From contig JBNJGH010000008.1 of NCBI GenBank assembly GCA_051747585.1, positions 1 through 53,515 of the forward strand: a DNA stretch of 53,515 nucleotides, given 5' to 3'. Numbering within the stretch: position 1 is the first letter of the stretch; each line of letters opens with the position of its first letter. A model generated the notes under the pieces. The model did no database searches. It was given only the letters and a program-made list of their open reading frames with translations, and had not been told where the DNA came from. Source of the DNA: Candidatus Rifleibacteriota bacterium (GTDB lineage Bacteria > Muiribacteriota > Ozemobacteria > Ozemobacterales > Ozemobacteraceae). Shown piece after piece: positions 10,288-20,868 of the stretch. The position numbers and the translations under genes are program-made.

Positions 10288-11632
10288 GTATCTTTTAATA
10301 ATTTTTATAATAAATACTAACAAATTACTGGCAGAGAACTCTGGACAGTCAGTAGTTGTTGAGTTATTTGACATACGCGCTCTTACAGCCATTGCAATAT
10401 TTGCCCTGGTAATTATTGCTTCTTTTTTTTCCCAGAGATATATTAACAAACAGCGAGCCCGGCTAAATATTAACGGAAAAAAAGACCAGACTTATAACCT
10501 TTTAATGACCTCTGGCTTAAGCACCGCAATTTTAGATATGAATCTGAATTTTCACTTCTGTAACAAAACATTTGCATCACTCTTAAATGTAACTCCAAAA
10601 AAACTACAAGGCAGTAATTTTCTGGAAAATTTTCCATTCAATAAATCAGGCCTTTTTTACAAAACACTCAAAGAGATTCATTCCAGCGGCCAGGCACCTG
10701 AAAATCCTGTAATTCTGGGCGTAAATCTTCACGATCAGCAAAAAATAGATTACATCCTTGATTTTTTTGCTCTGGTGCGACCTTATAAAGATGGCAATAA
10801 AACCTACCTGCTGATTGTTCTTGCCTTTTCCCGCTCTTCGAAGATATTACTCGATAACGTTGTCAAATCGATTGAGAAAAAAAACAATGACCTGAAGAGA
10901 ATTAAGGAAATTGATAAGTTAAAATCTGAATTTCTTGCAACCCTGAGTCATGAACTTAAAACCCCTTTGGTGTCGATCAAAGGCTATATGGACTTGATGG
11001 CCACTGAAAAATTCGGACCACTTACGGAAAAGCAGAAAAAAGCTCTAAGAGTTTCATTAAGAAATACAAGTCACTTAAACGCTCTCATCTCTTCTATTCT
11101 TAATTTTGCCCGCATGGAAGCAGGAAAATTGAAATTCGATCTTGCCACCCAGAAAATCGACCCGTTGATAAATGACACAATAGATGCAATGCAACCAATA
11201 GCTGATAATAACAGCATATCGATCAAAGCAAATCTAGATGAAAATCTGCCTAAAATAATTATGGATGCAGAGCTTATCCACAGAGTTTTAATCAATTTGC
11301 TTGATAACGCAATCAAGTTTTCTCCAGCAGGCAACGAGGTTTTCATCGAAGCCTGCCACCAAGATAAAGAGAATGTCATAATTTCAGTAATAGATCACGG
11401 TCAAGGTATAGATAAAGATAAGCTTGAAAAAATCAAAGCACCTTTTTTTCAGGCTGATGAGCCCGACACCAGACCAAGAGGCGGCCTTGGCCTTGGCCTT
11501 GCAATCTGCGAAAAAATACTTACAGGTCATGGCACTTCTTTAACAATCAGCCTTAATAAAGATTGTGGAACCAAAGTAAGTTTTCTGCTGAAAACCTCAG
11601 AGTCCGATTCTTCCAGAAAATTGATATATTAA
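10280..11632 (+). CDS. Membrane sensor histidine kinase (PAS-like, HisKA, HATPase)
   Basis: KSEFLATLSHELKTPL H-box, NLLDNAIKFS N-box, DHGQGI, GLGLGLAIC G boxes. Confidence 0.92.
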   Translation: MNKYLLIIFIINTNKLLAENSGQSVVVELFDIRALTAIAIFALVIIASFFSQRYINKQRARLNINGKKDQTYNLLMTSGLSTAILDMNLNFHFCNKTFASLLNVTPKKLQGSNFLENFPFNKSGLFYKTLKEIHSSGQAPENPVILGVNLHDQQKIDYILDFFALVRPYKDGNKTYLLIVLAFSRSSKILLDNVVKSIEKKNNDLKRIKEIDKLKSEFLATLSHELKTPLVSIKGYMDLMATEKFGPLTEKQKKALRVSLRNTSHLNALISSILNFARMEAGKLKFDLATQKIDPLINDTIDAMQPIADNNSISIKANLDENLPKIIMDAELIHRVLINLLDNAIKFSPAGNEVFIEACHQDKENVIISVIDHGQGIDKDKLEKIKAPFFQADEPDTRPRGGLGLGLAICEKILTGHGTSLTISLNKDCGTKVSFLLKTSESDSSRKLIY

Positions 11633-11638
11633 AACTTT

Positions 11639-13042
11639 TTATTTTTTAATATCGAGTTCTTTTAACTTCAAGTAAAGGTTTTTTCGATGCATCCCGGCAA
11701 TTCGAGCTGCTTCCGACATATTGCCTTCGGCCTTCTCAATCAATTCATTGAAATATTGTTTTTCAAAAGAATTAAGTAAAACTTCTTTGGCTTCTTTGTA
11801 TTTCATTGCCAGCAGGCCTTCTTTGATAAACTGATCGTTCTCCAGCCTTGAGCGCAGCTGAAACTTACTGGACTCATTTTGAAAAAGGCTCTCGTCTTCG
11901 AGTATAATCACTCTTTCAATTAGATTCTGCAATTCCCTGATATTGCCCGGCCATGAGTATTGCATGAGCCTACCCATGAAAGCTTCTGAAAAAGGCTGAT
12001 ATTTTCTGGAAAACTTTTCGCAAAATTTACGGGCAAAATTTTCGACGAGCAAAGGAATATCAGAAAGTCTATCGCGCAAAGGAGGCAAATGTATATTTAT
12101 TACATTCAGTCTGTAATAAAGGTCTTCTCTGAACGTGTTATTTTCGAGGGATTTTTGCAAATCACGATTTGTTGCAGTTATGACTCTGGTATCAACAGCA
12201 ATGGTTCGATTTCCTCCCAATCTTTCAAATTCCTTCTCCTGAAGAATTCTTAAGATTTTGGTCTGAGTTGCCTGACTCATTTCACCAATTTCATCGAGAA
12301 AAATCGTTCCTGAATGTGCAACTTCAAATTTACCGAGTTTTCGGCTGTTAGCCCCACTAAAAGCCCCTCTTTCATAGCCAAAGAGCTCACTCTCGATAAG
12401 ATTTTCGGGTAAAGCAGCACAATTAACCCGTACAAAGGGGTTGTTTTTACGGGAACTGAGACTGTGCACAGCATTGGCAACCAGCTCTTTACCAGTGCCT
12501 GACTCGCCGGTAATCAGAACGGTTACATCGGCAGGACCAACCCTTTCTATAAGATCATAAACATTCTGCATTTCTTCTGAGGCACCAATTATAGAGGCAA
12601 GACCTGTTCGTTCGTGCAATCTCTTCTTGAGTAGTCTGTTTTCTTTGCGAAGCTCGAGCTTTTCGCAGGCTCTTCTGACAGTTATTTTCAAGTCGTCGTT
12701 AGCAAATGGTTTTGGCAGATAATCGTATGCGCCTCGTTTCATTGCATCAACTGCAATTGTCTCTGAGCCATAAGCGGTAATTAGAATAACCAGAGTATCG
12801 TCTTTTATTTCGAGAAGGTGGTCTAACAATTCAAGACCGGAATTACCCGGCATAGTCAAATCAGTAATCACAAGATCAAAATTCTCAGTTTTAAATCTCT
12901 CCAGGGCTTCTTCTGCAGAGGAGGCTTTACCAATTTTATAGCCTTCAGGCTTTAAAATAGCTTCAAGCGTATAAAGAACCGAAGACTCATCATCGACCAG
13001 TAAAATCTCGGGGATCATACGCCCGCTATTATTTTTTTTCAT
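11639..13042 (-). CDS. Sigma-54-dependent NtrC-family response regulator
   Basis: Receiver domain (ILLVDDE, ITDLTMPG, KPF), AAA+ GESGTGKE, GAFSGA, FLDEIGE, WPGNIREL, Fis-type HTH; ATG overlaps the upstream stop (TGATG). Confidence 0.93.
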   Translation of the reverse strand: MKKNNSGRMIPEILLVDDESSVLYTLEAILKPEGYKIGKASSAEEALERFKTENFDLVITDLTMPGNSGLELLDHLLEIKDDTLVILITAYGSETIAVDAMKRGAYDYLPKPFANDDLKITVRRACEKLELRKENRLLKKRLHERTGLASIIGASEEMQNVYDLIERVGPADVTVLITGESGTGKELVANAVHSLSSRKNNPFVRVNCAALPENLIESELFGYERGAFSGANSRKLGKFEVAHSGTIFLDEIGEMSQATQTKILRILQEKEFERLGGNRTIAVDTRVITATNRDLQKSLENNTFREDLYYRLNVINIHLPPLRDRLSDIPLLVENFARKFCEKFSRKYQPFSEAFMGRLMQYSWPGNIRELQNLIERVIILEDESLFQNESSKFQLRSRLENDQFIKEGLLAMKYKEAKEVLLNSFEKQYFNELIEKAEGNMSEAARIAGMHRKNLYLKLKELDIKK

Positions 13043-15279
13043 CAATCTGTCTCCATGGGTAAAAGAAAGGTAAAAACAGTGCTTTCATTATTAGAGTGTA
13101 CTTCAATACAACCATTATGCAACTGAACAATTTTTCTTGTAATTGCCAGTCCGAGTCCTGTTCCATTTCCTTTGGTAGTATAAAAAGGCTCAAAGATGTG
13201 CTCCAATACAGATTCTTCAATTTTGGGGCCATCATTGATAAAATCTATGATTATCTTTCTATCGTTTTTATGAATTTTGATTTCTATAGTTCCGCCATTA
13301 CCAACTGCCTGAATGGCATTTAAAATAATATTCAGAAACGCCTGTTTCAATTTTTCAGGATCAACCCGTAACTCGCAGGGAAGTTCAGGCAGTTCTGTTT
13401 TGATACTGATGCCATTTCTGGCGGCCTCATGTCTTACCAGAACAATGAGTTCATTGATTATATCTTTTAGCTCTTTTACCTGCATTTGCGCCTGTTCGGG
13501 TTTAATCATACTTAAAAGCTCCACCACAACCCTGTTCAAACGGTGGACTTCGCCAAGAATAACCGTTACATGTTCTTTAAGGTCTCCCTGAACTTCATCG
13601 CCGATTATTTCAACCAGACTTCTAATAGCGACCAGCGGGTTTCTGATTTCATGAGCAACTGAAGCAGCCAGACGGCCGAGGACGGCCCACTTTTCAGATT
13701 CAACCATTTGCTGCTCAAATTGTTTCTGTTCTGTAATATCTTCAAGTACAATTACACTGCCTCTTACTTTGTTACCCTCATGTAAAGGCATTATGCGCAG
13801 TTCAACTTCCATGGTCCTGTCTGCTGTTATCAACTCTGCAGTTCGCCTGAGAATCATATTTTCAATTTTTGATCCTTTATCATTCAAAATAAATTCATCG
13901 CAGGAATTTTTAAAAATCAGGGCAAAATCACTATCTTTGATATTATTATATAATTTTTGTATATTAGACTCTTCGAGAGAAAAGTTAATCTCGGGAAAGA
14001 ATTTTTTAAAAGTCTGATTGACAATAATAAAACGTCCCCTAAGATCAATGGCTGCCAACCCCGAATGAACGCTGCTTAGAATATTGTTGACATTTGTATT
14101 CCATTCTGAGAGAGATTCATAGAGTCTTGCATTTTCGATCATCGAACCGGCTACCGGAGCAATGGTTAAAAGAAATCTTTTGATTGTTGCTGAATAAACG
14201 GCATTATCATGCTTGGCCAGAAATAATACTCCCTGAACTTTTCCTGCAGCAAGCAGCGGAAGAAAAAGTACTGAATAATTACTTGAATTCACTTCCTCGG
14301 GCTCGCCATTCAAAAAGCATCTGTTCAAGCCATTTTCATAGTCCTCCAATTTTAAATCAGGCAATTCCTCATCCTGTATTACTGCCTCAAGTTTTCCTGT
14401 TACCGAGTTAGGCAAAACAATCTGCGAGCTTGAACTGAATGAAAGGGTCTGGGCTTTTTCCATAAAGACCTGAAGAATAGATTCAAGTTTGAGATTTACA
14501 CTCATGCTCCTTGTTAGTTCATAGATTTCCCAGAGTTCCTGAATTTTTTCATCAAGCATACGGTTGCGCATAAGATTTTCTTTTGCATTCTCCTGAACCG
14601 TCGATGCCATTCGATTAAAGGTTTTGCACAACTGTTTCAGCTCACCGCTACCATTTGTAGCAACTCTATGGGCATAATTCCCTGCAGTAAAAGCATAGAT
14701 GCCCTCCATAAGGCCGTTGAGGGGCTGAAGAATGGATCGAGACAAAATTATGGCAGCTACTATACCAAGTAAAAGATTGATTAACAATATCAGGACAAAA
14801 TCCATGGGAGATGCACCTGAAGTCAGGTTATCTGTTACCGGAATCCCTATCCCAATGGCACCAATGCGGCCCATCTCATTAGATATTGGAATAAAAACCT
14901 CCCGGGAAATCCCCTTGGGGCCGGTTTTAATTACAACACTGTTCTCCTGAGAAAAAGACGGAAAGCCCTCGAGGGGAATTCTTATATCTTCACCTGCTTT
15001 TTTCCACCAGTTTTTGTCATAGAGAGTTACTTTTAGTTCGTTAATAAGACCTGAACGCCGATCTAATATTTCATTAAAACGTTTTTTGGAGTCGCCTAAC
15101 AATAATTTTTCTGCGGGACTGATAAGAATTTTGCCTAAAAAAATTGCACTTTGCAGCAACTTCTCTCCAGTCTGAATCTTTTCACGAGAAACGGCGACCA
15201 CAGCAAAAATAAGATTGGTCAACAGTATCAAGGCAAAAAACAAAAATACCAGTCTGGATTTTAAATTTTCTGAAAACAT
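13042..15279 (-). CDS. Sensor histidine kinase (2 TM, HAMP, GAF, PAS, NtrB-like kinase core)
   Basis: LGRLAASVAHEIRNPL, QAFLNIILNAIQA, FEPFYTTKGNGTGLGLAI; HAMP and GAF-like segments; coupled to the NtrC gene. Confidence 0.92.
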   Translation of the reverse strand: MFSENLKSRLVFLFFALILLTNLIFAVVAVSREKIQTGEKLLQSAIFLGKILISPAEKLLLGDSKKRFNEILDRRSGLINELKVTLYDKNWWKKAGEDIRIPLEGFPSFSQENSVVIKTGPKGISREVFIPISNEMGRIGAIGIGIPVTDNLTSGASPMDFVLILLINLLLGIVAAIILSRSILQPLNGLMEGIYAFTAGNYAHRVATNGSGELKQLCKTFNRMASTVQENAKENLMRNRMLDEKIQELWEIYELTRSMSVNLKLESILQVFMEKAQTLSFSSSSQIVLPNSVTGKLEAVIQDEELPDLKLEDYENGLNRCFLNGEPEEVNSSNYSVLFLPLLAAGKVQGVLFLAKHDNAVYSATIKRFLLTIAPVAGSMIENARLYESLSEWNTNVNNILSSVHSGLAAIDLRGRFIIVNQTFKKFFPEINFSLEESNIQKLYNNIKDSDFALIFKNSCDEFILNDKGSKIENMILRRTAELITADRTMEVELRIMPLHEGNKVRGSVIVLEDITEQKQFEQQMVESEKWAVLGRLAASVAHEIRNPLVAIRSLVEIIGDEVQGDLKEHVTVILGEVHRLNRVVVELLSMIKPEQAQMQVKELKDIINELIVLVRHEAARNGISIKTELPELPCELRVDPEKLKQAFLNIILNAIQAVGNGGTIEIKIHKNDRKIIIDFINDGPKIEESVLEHIFEPFYTTKGNGTGLGLAITRKIVQLHNGCIEVHSNNESTVFTFLLPMETD

Positions 15280-15281
15280 TT

Positions 15282-16286
15282 TTAGTTGAATGGAACCCAG
15301 AAAGACACCACAGTTCCTTCATTGAGACCGGAAACAATTTCAAACTCGCCGCCGGCAAGCCTTATTCTTTCTTCCATGCTTTTAAGCCCAAGTTTTTTCA
15401 GGGTTCCGTAATTTTTCTTTACTGTTTCAAGGTCAAAGCCTGCGCCATCATCTTTTAATACAACCGAAAGCTTTTGATTTTGTTGGCTGTATTTTACAAA
15501 GATATGTACTGAAGTAGGATCAGCATGCTTAATAGAATTATTGGCAGCCTCTTGTATTACCCTGAAAACCGCAAGTTCGGTATCCTGATTCATAGGAACT
15601 CTGTCACCTTCTATATTTACATAAACAGGAATTCCGGTTCGCTTTTTAAAGCCACTGATAAATTGCTCAAGAGTAGGAATTAAGCCAAGGTCATCAAGTG
15701 CCATTGGCCTTAAATCAAATATAAAACGACGTATGTCTTGTAAACTTCGCTTAACGGAAAGCTTTAGCTCTTTTAATTCATCAATTAGATGACCGCTTAA
15801 ATCTGGCTGATCCATGCAATAGTCTATTTTCATTGTCAAGCTTGCAAGAGTTTGCGCCGGTCCATCATGAATTTCTCTTGAAATTCTTCTTCTCTCTTCT
15901 TCCTGAGCCATAATTATGCCATTGGCGGTATTTTCGGTAGAATTGTATGCCTTAAGTATGGATTCTACTCTTTTAATGATCATATTTGCCTGACTTTGCA
16001 GTCTTAAAACCAGCTGAAGAATTTCTGCAGAACCATCAGAATCGGGAGGTGTCTCGACCGAACTTCGCAAGTCATCGAAGGCCTGTCGGGCTTTGCCAGC
16101 AACATGACCGGGCATACTCTCAGATGCCGCCAGTATTATATTTTCAAGATCATCGAGTTTTGCTCTAATTTGAGTTGGAGTGTTGGCTGATTGAGTTAAT
16201 TTTTTTATATTCTGCTGAATTGATGCAAGCGATTGTTTAAAACCTTCTGCTTCATGCGTCAATGCATCTAACAAAGTTTCCGGCAT
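15282..16286 (-). CDS. Cytoplasmic DegS-like sensor histidine kinase (HisKA_3)
   Basis: EEERRRISREIHDGPAQ, DLRPMALDDLGL, FRVIQEAANNSIKHA, DDGAGF, GLKSMEERI; no TM segment. Confidence 0.9.
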   Translation of the reverse strand: MPETLLDALTHEAEGFKQSLASIQQNIKKLTQSANTPTQIRAKLDDLENIILAASESMPGHVAGKARQAFDDLRSSVETPPDSDGSAEILQLVLRLQSQANMIIKRVESILKAYNSTENTANGIIMAQEEERRRISREIHDGPAQTLASLTMKIDYCMDQPDLSGHLIDELKELKLSVKRSLQDIRRFIFDLRPMALDDLGLIPTLEQFISGFKKRTGIPVYVNIEGDRVPMNQDTELAVFRVIQEAANNSIKHADPTSVHIFVKYSQQNQKLSVVLKDDGAGFDLETVKKNYGTLKKLGLKSMEERIRLAGGEFEIVSGLNEGTVVSFWVPFN

Positions 16287-16288
16287 TT

Positions 16289-18832
16289 CTAATCGTTAAC
16301 CTTCCTGATCTTACTGATTTCCCTCTTGACCCTTGCTACAACTGAGTAGCTTGCTGACTTTTCCCTGGTAATTGCCTGCAGCTGCTTAATTGCCTCTTGA
16401 TTATGACCGGTATTGGCAAGACATCTTGCATATTTAATTCTAAGATCTATGCGAAATGGCTTTTCTTCCAAGACGGCTTTAAGAAATTTACAACCCTCTG
16501 CAAATTTACCTGACTTTTCGGCAAGCTTGCCCAGCCTGATTTTATTGTTAATCTGGCGAAGACCCAGGTTGTATGCCTGCTGTGCAGCTTCAAAAGCATC
16601 TTTATACATTCCGAGTTTTTCAAAAATAATACTTACGACATCATAGGCGGCAGGATCCTTTTTTTTCTGAAGATATTCCAGGTATAAGGCCAGCGAGCTT
16701 TCCCATTTTCCCAGAGAATATTGTTTAAAAGCGCTTTTTCTTAAATCTTCAATAGCTTTTTTTGCGTTACCATCTTCAATGGCAACAGAATTCATTAGTT
16801 TTGAGCCCTGCTTTTTCTTTTTTTTCTCTATCTCAAGAAACGAAATACCTGATTCTGCAACTGATGCAAGAACTTGTCTTTCTGCCTCTTTTTTATCTTC
16901 AGCCTTTTGCTCAGCGCTTTCATCTTCTTGCGTTTTCTCTTTAGTTTCAGCTGCAATAGAGGCTTCGGGCTCAACATCATTGTTTCCATTTTGTATCACT
17001 TCTGGCGGAAGCGCATTTTGATCGAGAACCGCCTCTTCATCTTCATCAACTGAACTATCTTCGTTTTTAACAAACAAAACTTTGCTCTGCACCTGAGGAT
17101 CTGGCTTTTTGTCGGCTTTTTGAGCGACTTTAATCTTATTAGCAGCGGACTTAACTGTTTCTTCTTCATCCTCGGTATTTTGGTTTTCATAACTATCATC
17201 TGGAACAGCCTGTGGTGAAAGAGGCTGAGTTTCTTCATGGTCATCTGATCTGGAAACAACCTTAAAGCTTGAATTACCTTGAATAACCACAATCTCATCA
17301 TCTTCCTCGACATTTTTTTGTTCTGTTGCAACTACAGGAAGTTTTTTATCTATTGCTTTTACTGCTTCAATTGCATTGGTATGTCCAGCATCGAGACTGA
17401 CAACCCTTTTATAAAATCTGCGAGCTTCTTTAAGATCGCCGTTCTTTTTAAGGCTTTCTGCCAGAGCAACAACAAAAGTTATATTTAACGGTTCGTAAGA
17501 GACTGCTTTCTGTAGATATTTCACTGCATCTTCATAGAGTTTTAAATCAGAGTAGATAGATCCCAGCAAAAAGTTTCCCCTTACATTTTCAGGTTTTTGA
17601 GCCAGGCCCCTGACTATAGCTTGTGAAGCCTGGGCAAACTCTTTGCGGTCATACAATACTTTACCCAGATTGAACCATGCGCGAGCGTCATTGGGAAAAG
17701 ATTCAAGATACTTTCGCAGTTTCATTTCATAAGCCAGTTTATTTTCGCTACGATAAAAAGAATTCAGTATTATCTGCCAGACTTCTTTGCCGGGCTCATG
17801 TTCCTCCATGTCTCTTTCGAACTCGGCGGAAGCTTTGACAAACTCCCCTTTTGAAGCCATTTCAACTCCCCTGATAAATGGAACGTAGCGACTTTTGACC
17901 TTAGGCTTTTCTTCGACCTTCTCTGGGTTATCTGCCGGTAGTTTTTCTTTTATTTCAATATTATCAACAATGGTTTGTATTGATTTTTCGCCTTGTTGCG
18001 AAACTACTTTTTCCTTATCTTCTCCAATAGGTGCGGTTAAAGCAAAAAGGGTCGAACTGTTTTCGTTGGCGCTCATCTGCAAATCTGTGGTCTTATCTTT
18101 TTTGAAAACCCACATACCCGTAAGCAATAAAATAAGTGCTATTCCGAGATAAAGCTTCCAAGCCCCTCTGCCCGCAGTAGCCATCGTCGTCTGTTTCTTT
18201 AAAAGTTCATCAATCTCTTCTTCAGGATAAGTTTCTTTTTGCTCCCCGGCCTGACTTTTATTATCTGTTTTTGTAACCGGCTTGTTTTCTTCTTCGCGAA
18301 CACCGGCTTCAACCTCTATAATACCTTCTTCTAGAGTTTCTTCTTCTTTGGTCGGCAAACGTCTTTTTTCGCTATCTGTCAGCCCGGCAATTTCTATCTG
18401 CCCCTCGGGTGGTTCAATCAACCCCTTGCTGATACTGGTATTTTCCATCAAGGGCAATAAAACCCGCTCAACTTCGAACCAGTCTCTAAAACTACTGAAT
18501 AATGAAAGGTAGTAGGCATCCTTGATGTTATAAATCCAGACAAGAATAAATATCACACAAAAGCAATACGAAAGCATTACCAGCCCACTGGTTCCAATCA
18601 ATGGGCCCATTGTTTCATAAAGAATTCCCTTATTGTAAAGACTAAATATTGAAAAAATGCCGGAAACATAAATTCCAAGAAGTGTAATGCCCCTGTCAAC
18701 ATGACCGGCATATATTTGCCCGAGCCCCATGACAAAAAATGACATAAGAGCCGCAGCTCCGGGATTTCGGGAAGAACTACGCAATTTTTCTCTTCTCAAC
18801 TCATCAAAATATCCATCTTTATTGTTTTGCAT
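16289..18832 (-). CDS. Membrane-anchored TPR protein (N-terminal 'PGxAALxSFF..GLGQIY' TM hairpin, acidic linkers, two TPR blocks)
   Basis: RNPGAAALMSFFVMGLGQIYAG motif, further TM at WKLYLGIALILLLTGMWVF, TPR consensus repeats. Confidence 0.8.
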   Translation of the reverse strand: MQNNKDGYFDELRREKLRSSSRNPGAAALMSFFVMGLGQIYAGHVDRGITLLGIYVSGIFSIFSLYNKGILYETMGPLIGTSGLVMLSYCFCVIFILVWIYNIKDAYYLSLFSSFRDWFEVERVLLPLMENTSISKGLIEPPEGQIEIAGLTDSEKRRLPTKEEETLEEGIIEVEAGVREEENKPVTKTDNKSQAGEQKETYPEEEIDELLKKQTTMATAGRGAWKLYLGIALILLLTGMWVFKKDKTTDLQMSANENSSTLFALTAPIGEDKEKVVSQQGEKSIQTIVDNIEIKEKLPADNPEKVEEKPKVKSRYVPFIRGVEMASKGEFVKASAEFERDMEEHEPGKEVWQIILNSFYRSENKLAYEMKLRKYLESFPNDARAWFNLGKVLYDRKEFAQASQAIVRGLAQKPENVRGNFLLGSIYSDLKLYEDAVKYLQKAVSYEPLNITFVVALAESLKKNGDLKEARRFYKRVVSLDAGHTNAIEAVKAIDKKLPVVATEQKNVEEDDEIVVIQGNSSFKVVSRSDDHEETQPLSPQAVPDDSYENQNTEDEEETVKSAANKIKVAQKADKKPDPQVQSKVLFVKNEDSSVDEDEEAVLDQNALPPEVIQNGNNDVEPEASIAAETKEKTQEDESAEQKAEDKKEAERQVLASVAESGISFLEIEKKKKKQGSKLMNSVAIEDGNAKKAIEDLRKSAFKQYSLGKWESSLALYLEYLQKKKDPAAYDVVSIIFEKLGMYKDAFEAAQQAYNLGLRQINNKIRLGKLAEKSGKFAEGCKFLKAVLEEKPFRIDLRIKYARCLANTGHNQEAIKQLQAITREKSASYSVVARVKREISKIRKVND

Positions 18833-18841
18833 CAGTTTCGC

Positions 18842-20047
18842 TTACTCCATTATGTCGATCAAACAACCAGACTTAACAAGGCCAAGCTTAATGCCTTGCT
18901 GTAAACACTGCTCCACAAGGTCAGCTTTTTCATGGTTGGCAATAATCATTCCTCTTATATCAGCAGCTTTAAGCTTACCCTTGGTAAGCTCACTACCAAA
19001 AGTCTCGATGTTGCTGCGTAGATGTTTCATTAAACTGATAGCTTCTTCTACTTGACCGGAATCAGGTTTGAAAAGATTTTGAACAACAACCAGAACCCCT
19101 TTTTTATCCTGGCAAAGGAGATCAATACGTCGTTTCCTGCCTTCACTAAGGGTTACCGAATATTTCTGATGTATTACTCGCAACCCTGCTTCAAATTTTG
19201 AAAGATGGTTAGTCACCCAACTTTCAAATTCTTTTTTTGAATGAAAAAAACTGTTTGAGGCAAATTGTTCAAACAATGATTCAAGCATGTTTACCTGTTC
19301 TTTAAGCCTACGATTCTCTTCTTGAAATTGAGAAATTCTTTCCCATAACTTTTTATTCTCATCTAGAAGAACGATCAACCCCTTTACTTCACCTTCGTTG
19401 AAGCTGTCGAGAGGGCGAGAAAGCAAGTTGGTCACCAGCGAACGCAGCGAAGTGGTCCCATCTAACGGAAGCCGGGCTGCTGTTTCTTCCCTTTCTATTG
19501 CAAGAGTTGGGAAATCGGTTTCACGACTCCAGTAAATTAAAAGATCATCTCCGGGTGAAAATAGACGAAGAGCATCACCCACATAGAGATTTCTTTTTTC
19601 AAAGTCGGGAGCAACTCCTTTTATTTTTTTCCCTTGAATTGAAATATTAAAATCTTGAGAAAAGGAAAAAAGTCTTTCATACAATTCATCTTCACGGGCG
19701 AACCACTTCAAAAATCTGCGTGAATGCTCATGATGAGATAATCGCTTACGAATTACCATTTTTTCCTGTGGGGTGTAAATAGTGCAATCTACCGCCAGAG
19801 GCTTATCTTTAGCAGGCGTCAAAACCATTTCAGAGCCTGGCAAAGCCTGCGTAACGGGTTCACCTATAAAGAACCTTCGGTCTTTCCACTCCACCGAAAG
19901 ATTGACATATTCCTGACCTTCAAAAATTAAATCAAACACCAACGTCTGGGGTATTACAGCCTTAAGTTGCTCATCCAGACTTTCATCCCAAAAAATTGCG
20001 CCACTTTCGATCTCTCTTAATTCAAGCCTCTTACGAAATTCAACCAT
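18842..20047 (-). CDS. Protein with a duplicated N-terminal domain (B3/pseudobarrel-like), coiled coil and degenerate NucS/DUF91-like C-terminal domain
   Basis: Likely start ATG 20047, just after the upstream stop; RRIDLLCQDKKGVLVVV resembles the NucS-type IDIL..D..G..VVIELK motif; two ~85-aa N-terminal repeats. Confidence 0.65.
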   Translation of the reverse strand: MVEFRKRLELREIESGAIFWDESLDEQLKAVIPQTLVFDLIFEGQEYVNLSVEWKDRRFFIGEPVTQALPGSEMVLTPAKDKPLAVDCTIYTPQEKMVIRKRLSHHEHSRRFLKWFAREDELYERLFSFSQDFNISIQGKKIKGVAPDFEKRNLYVGDALRLFSPGDDLLIYWSRETDFPTLAIEREETAARLPLDGTTSLRSLVTNLLSRPLDSFNEGEVKGLIVLLDENKKLWERISQFQEENRRLKEQVNMLESLFEQFASNSFFHSKKEFESWVTNHLSKFEAGLRVIHQKYSVTLSEGRKRRIDLLCQDKKGVLVVVQNLFKPDSGQVEEAISLMKHLRSNIETFGSELTKGKLKAADIRGMIIANHEKADLVEQCLQQGIKLGLVKSGCLIDIME

Positions 20048-20049
20048 AT

Positions 20050-20868
20050 TTAAAAACCCCAGTTTAAAACTGCATCCTTCATACTTGAAGCTGAGTTTTG
20101 AAATTTTTTTATTATTAAATTTCCGCATTCCTCAAGCTTCTGAGCAAAAACTACCGACAAAGGAACAAGACTATAATCCGGTGGCGGCGTGAATTCAAAC
20201 CTTTTAGCAGGAATGGGAATATTGATCTTATACTGAATAACATTAAGCCTGCCACGTTCATCGCCTTCTGAGTCAAATTCTATAACCTGGTCAGGCAGAT
20301 AATTGGAATCAGAAAATCTTAAATTATAATAGCCTACTTCGAAAACTTCGCGAAAAACCGTTTTCATTTTTGGAGTGAACTTAAGAATATAATAAGTCTT
20401 TTTTTCATCTTCACTTTTAAAGGTTTTAATTAATTTAATCTTAAAAAGGGTAAAAAGGGTTTTGCGGGTCAGGTTGGTAAAAATATTTCTTGGATTGAAA
20501 AAAGAAACGTATGACCACCACGAGTTATCAGGGGCGGCAAAATGATAAAAGACCTCTTTGATTTCAGCAATTTTCAACCATAGCTTACTGCCATTAAAAA
20601 AGACCTCAATCGAAGAGTCATCAAATTCAATAGCAAATTTATCGGGACTCATAATTGAAAGAGAACACTTTTTTTTATGCAAAACGTTCTCTAACAGAAC
20701 ATCAACTCTAATAGATTTTATCTTTGCCGTTTGCTTTTCCATTAAGTCGAAAAGACGCTCTGCGTCTGAAATTTTTTCTTCAGCCGTTCCTTGTTGATTT
20801 GTAACCAGACATAGAATCAAAGCAATAAAAATAAAATTAATAATCTTTGTCTGCTTAAGGAATATCAT
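20050..20868 (-). CDS. LolA-family outer-membrane lipoprotein carrier-like protein
   Basis: Signal peptide; PDKFAIEF..FNGSKLW, YYILKFTPK, KINIPIPAKRFEFTPP are typical of the LolA fold. Confidence 0.75.
   Translation of the reverse strand: MIFLKQTKIINFIFIALILCLVTNQQGTAEEKISDAERLFDLMEKQTAKIKSIRVDVLLENVLHKKKCSLSIMSPDKFAIEFDDSSIEVFFNGSKLWLKIAEIKEVFYHFAAPDNSWWSYVSFFNPRNIFTNLTRKTLFTLFKIKLIKTFKSEDEKKTYYILKFTPKMKTVFREVFEVGYYNLRFSDSNYLPDQVIEFDSEGDERGRLNVIQYKINIPIPAKRFEFTPPPDYSLVPLSVVFAQKLEECGNLIIKKFQNSASSMKDAVLNWGF

Noticed and set aside
12350..12370. GAFSGA instead of GAFTGA in the NtrC regulator
   Set aside because: A conservative variant found in other sigma-54 activators; not evidence of lost function
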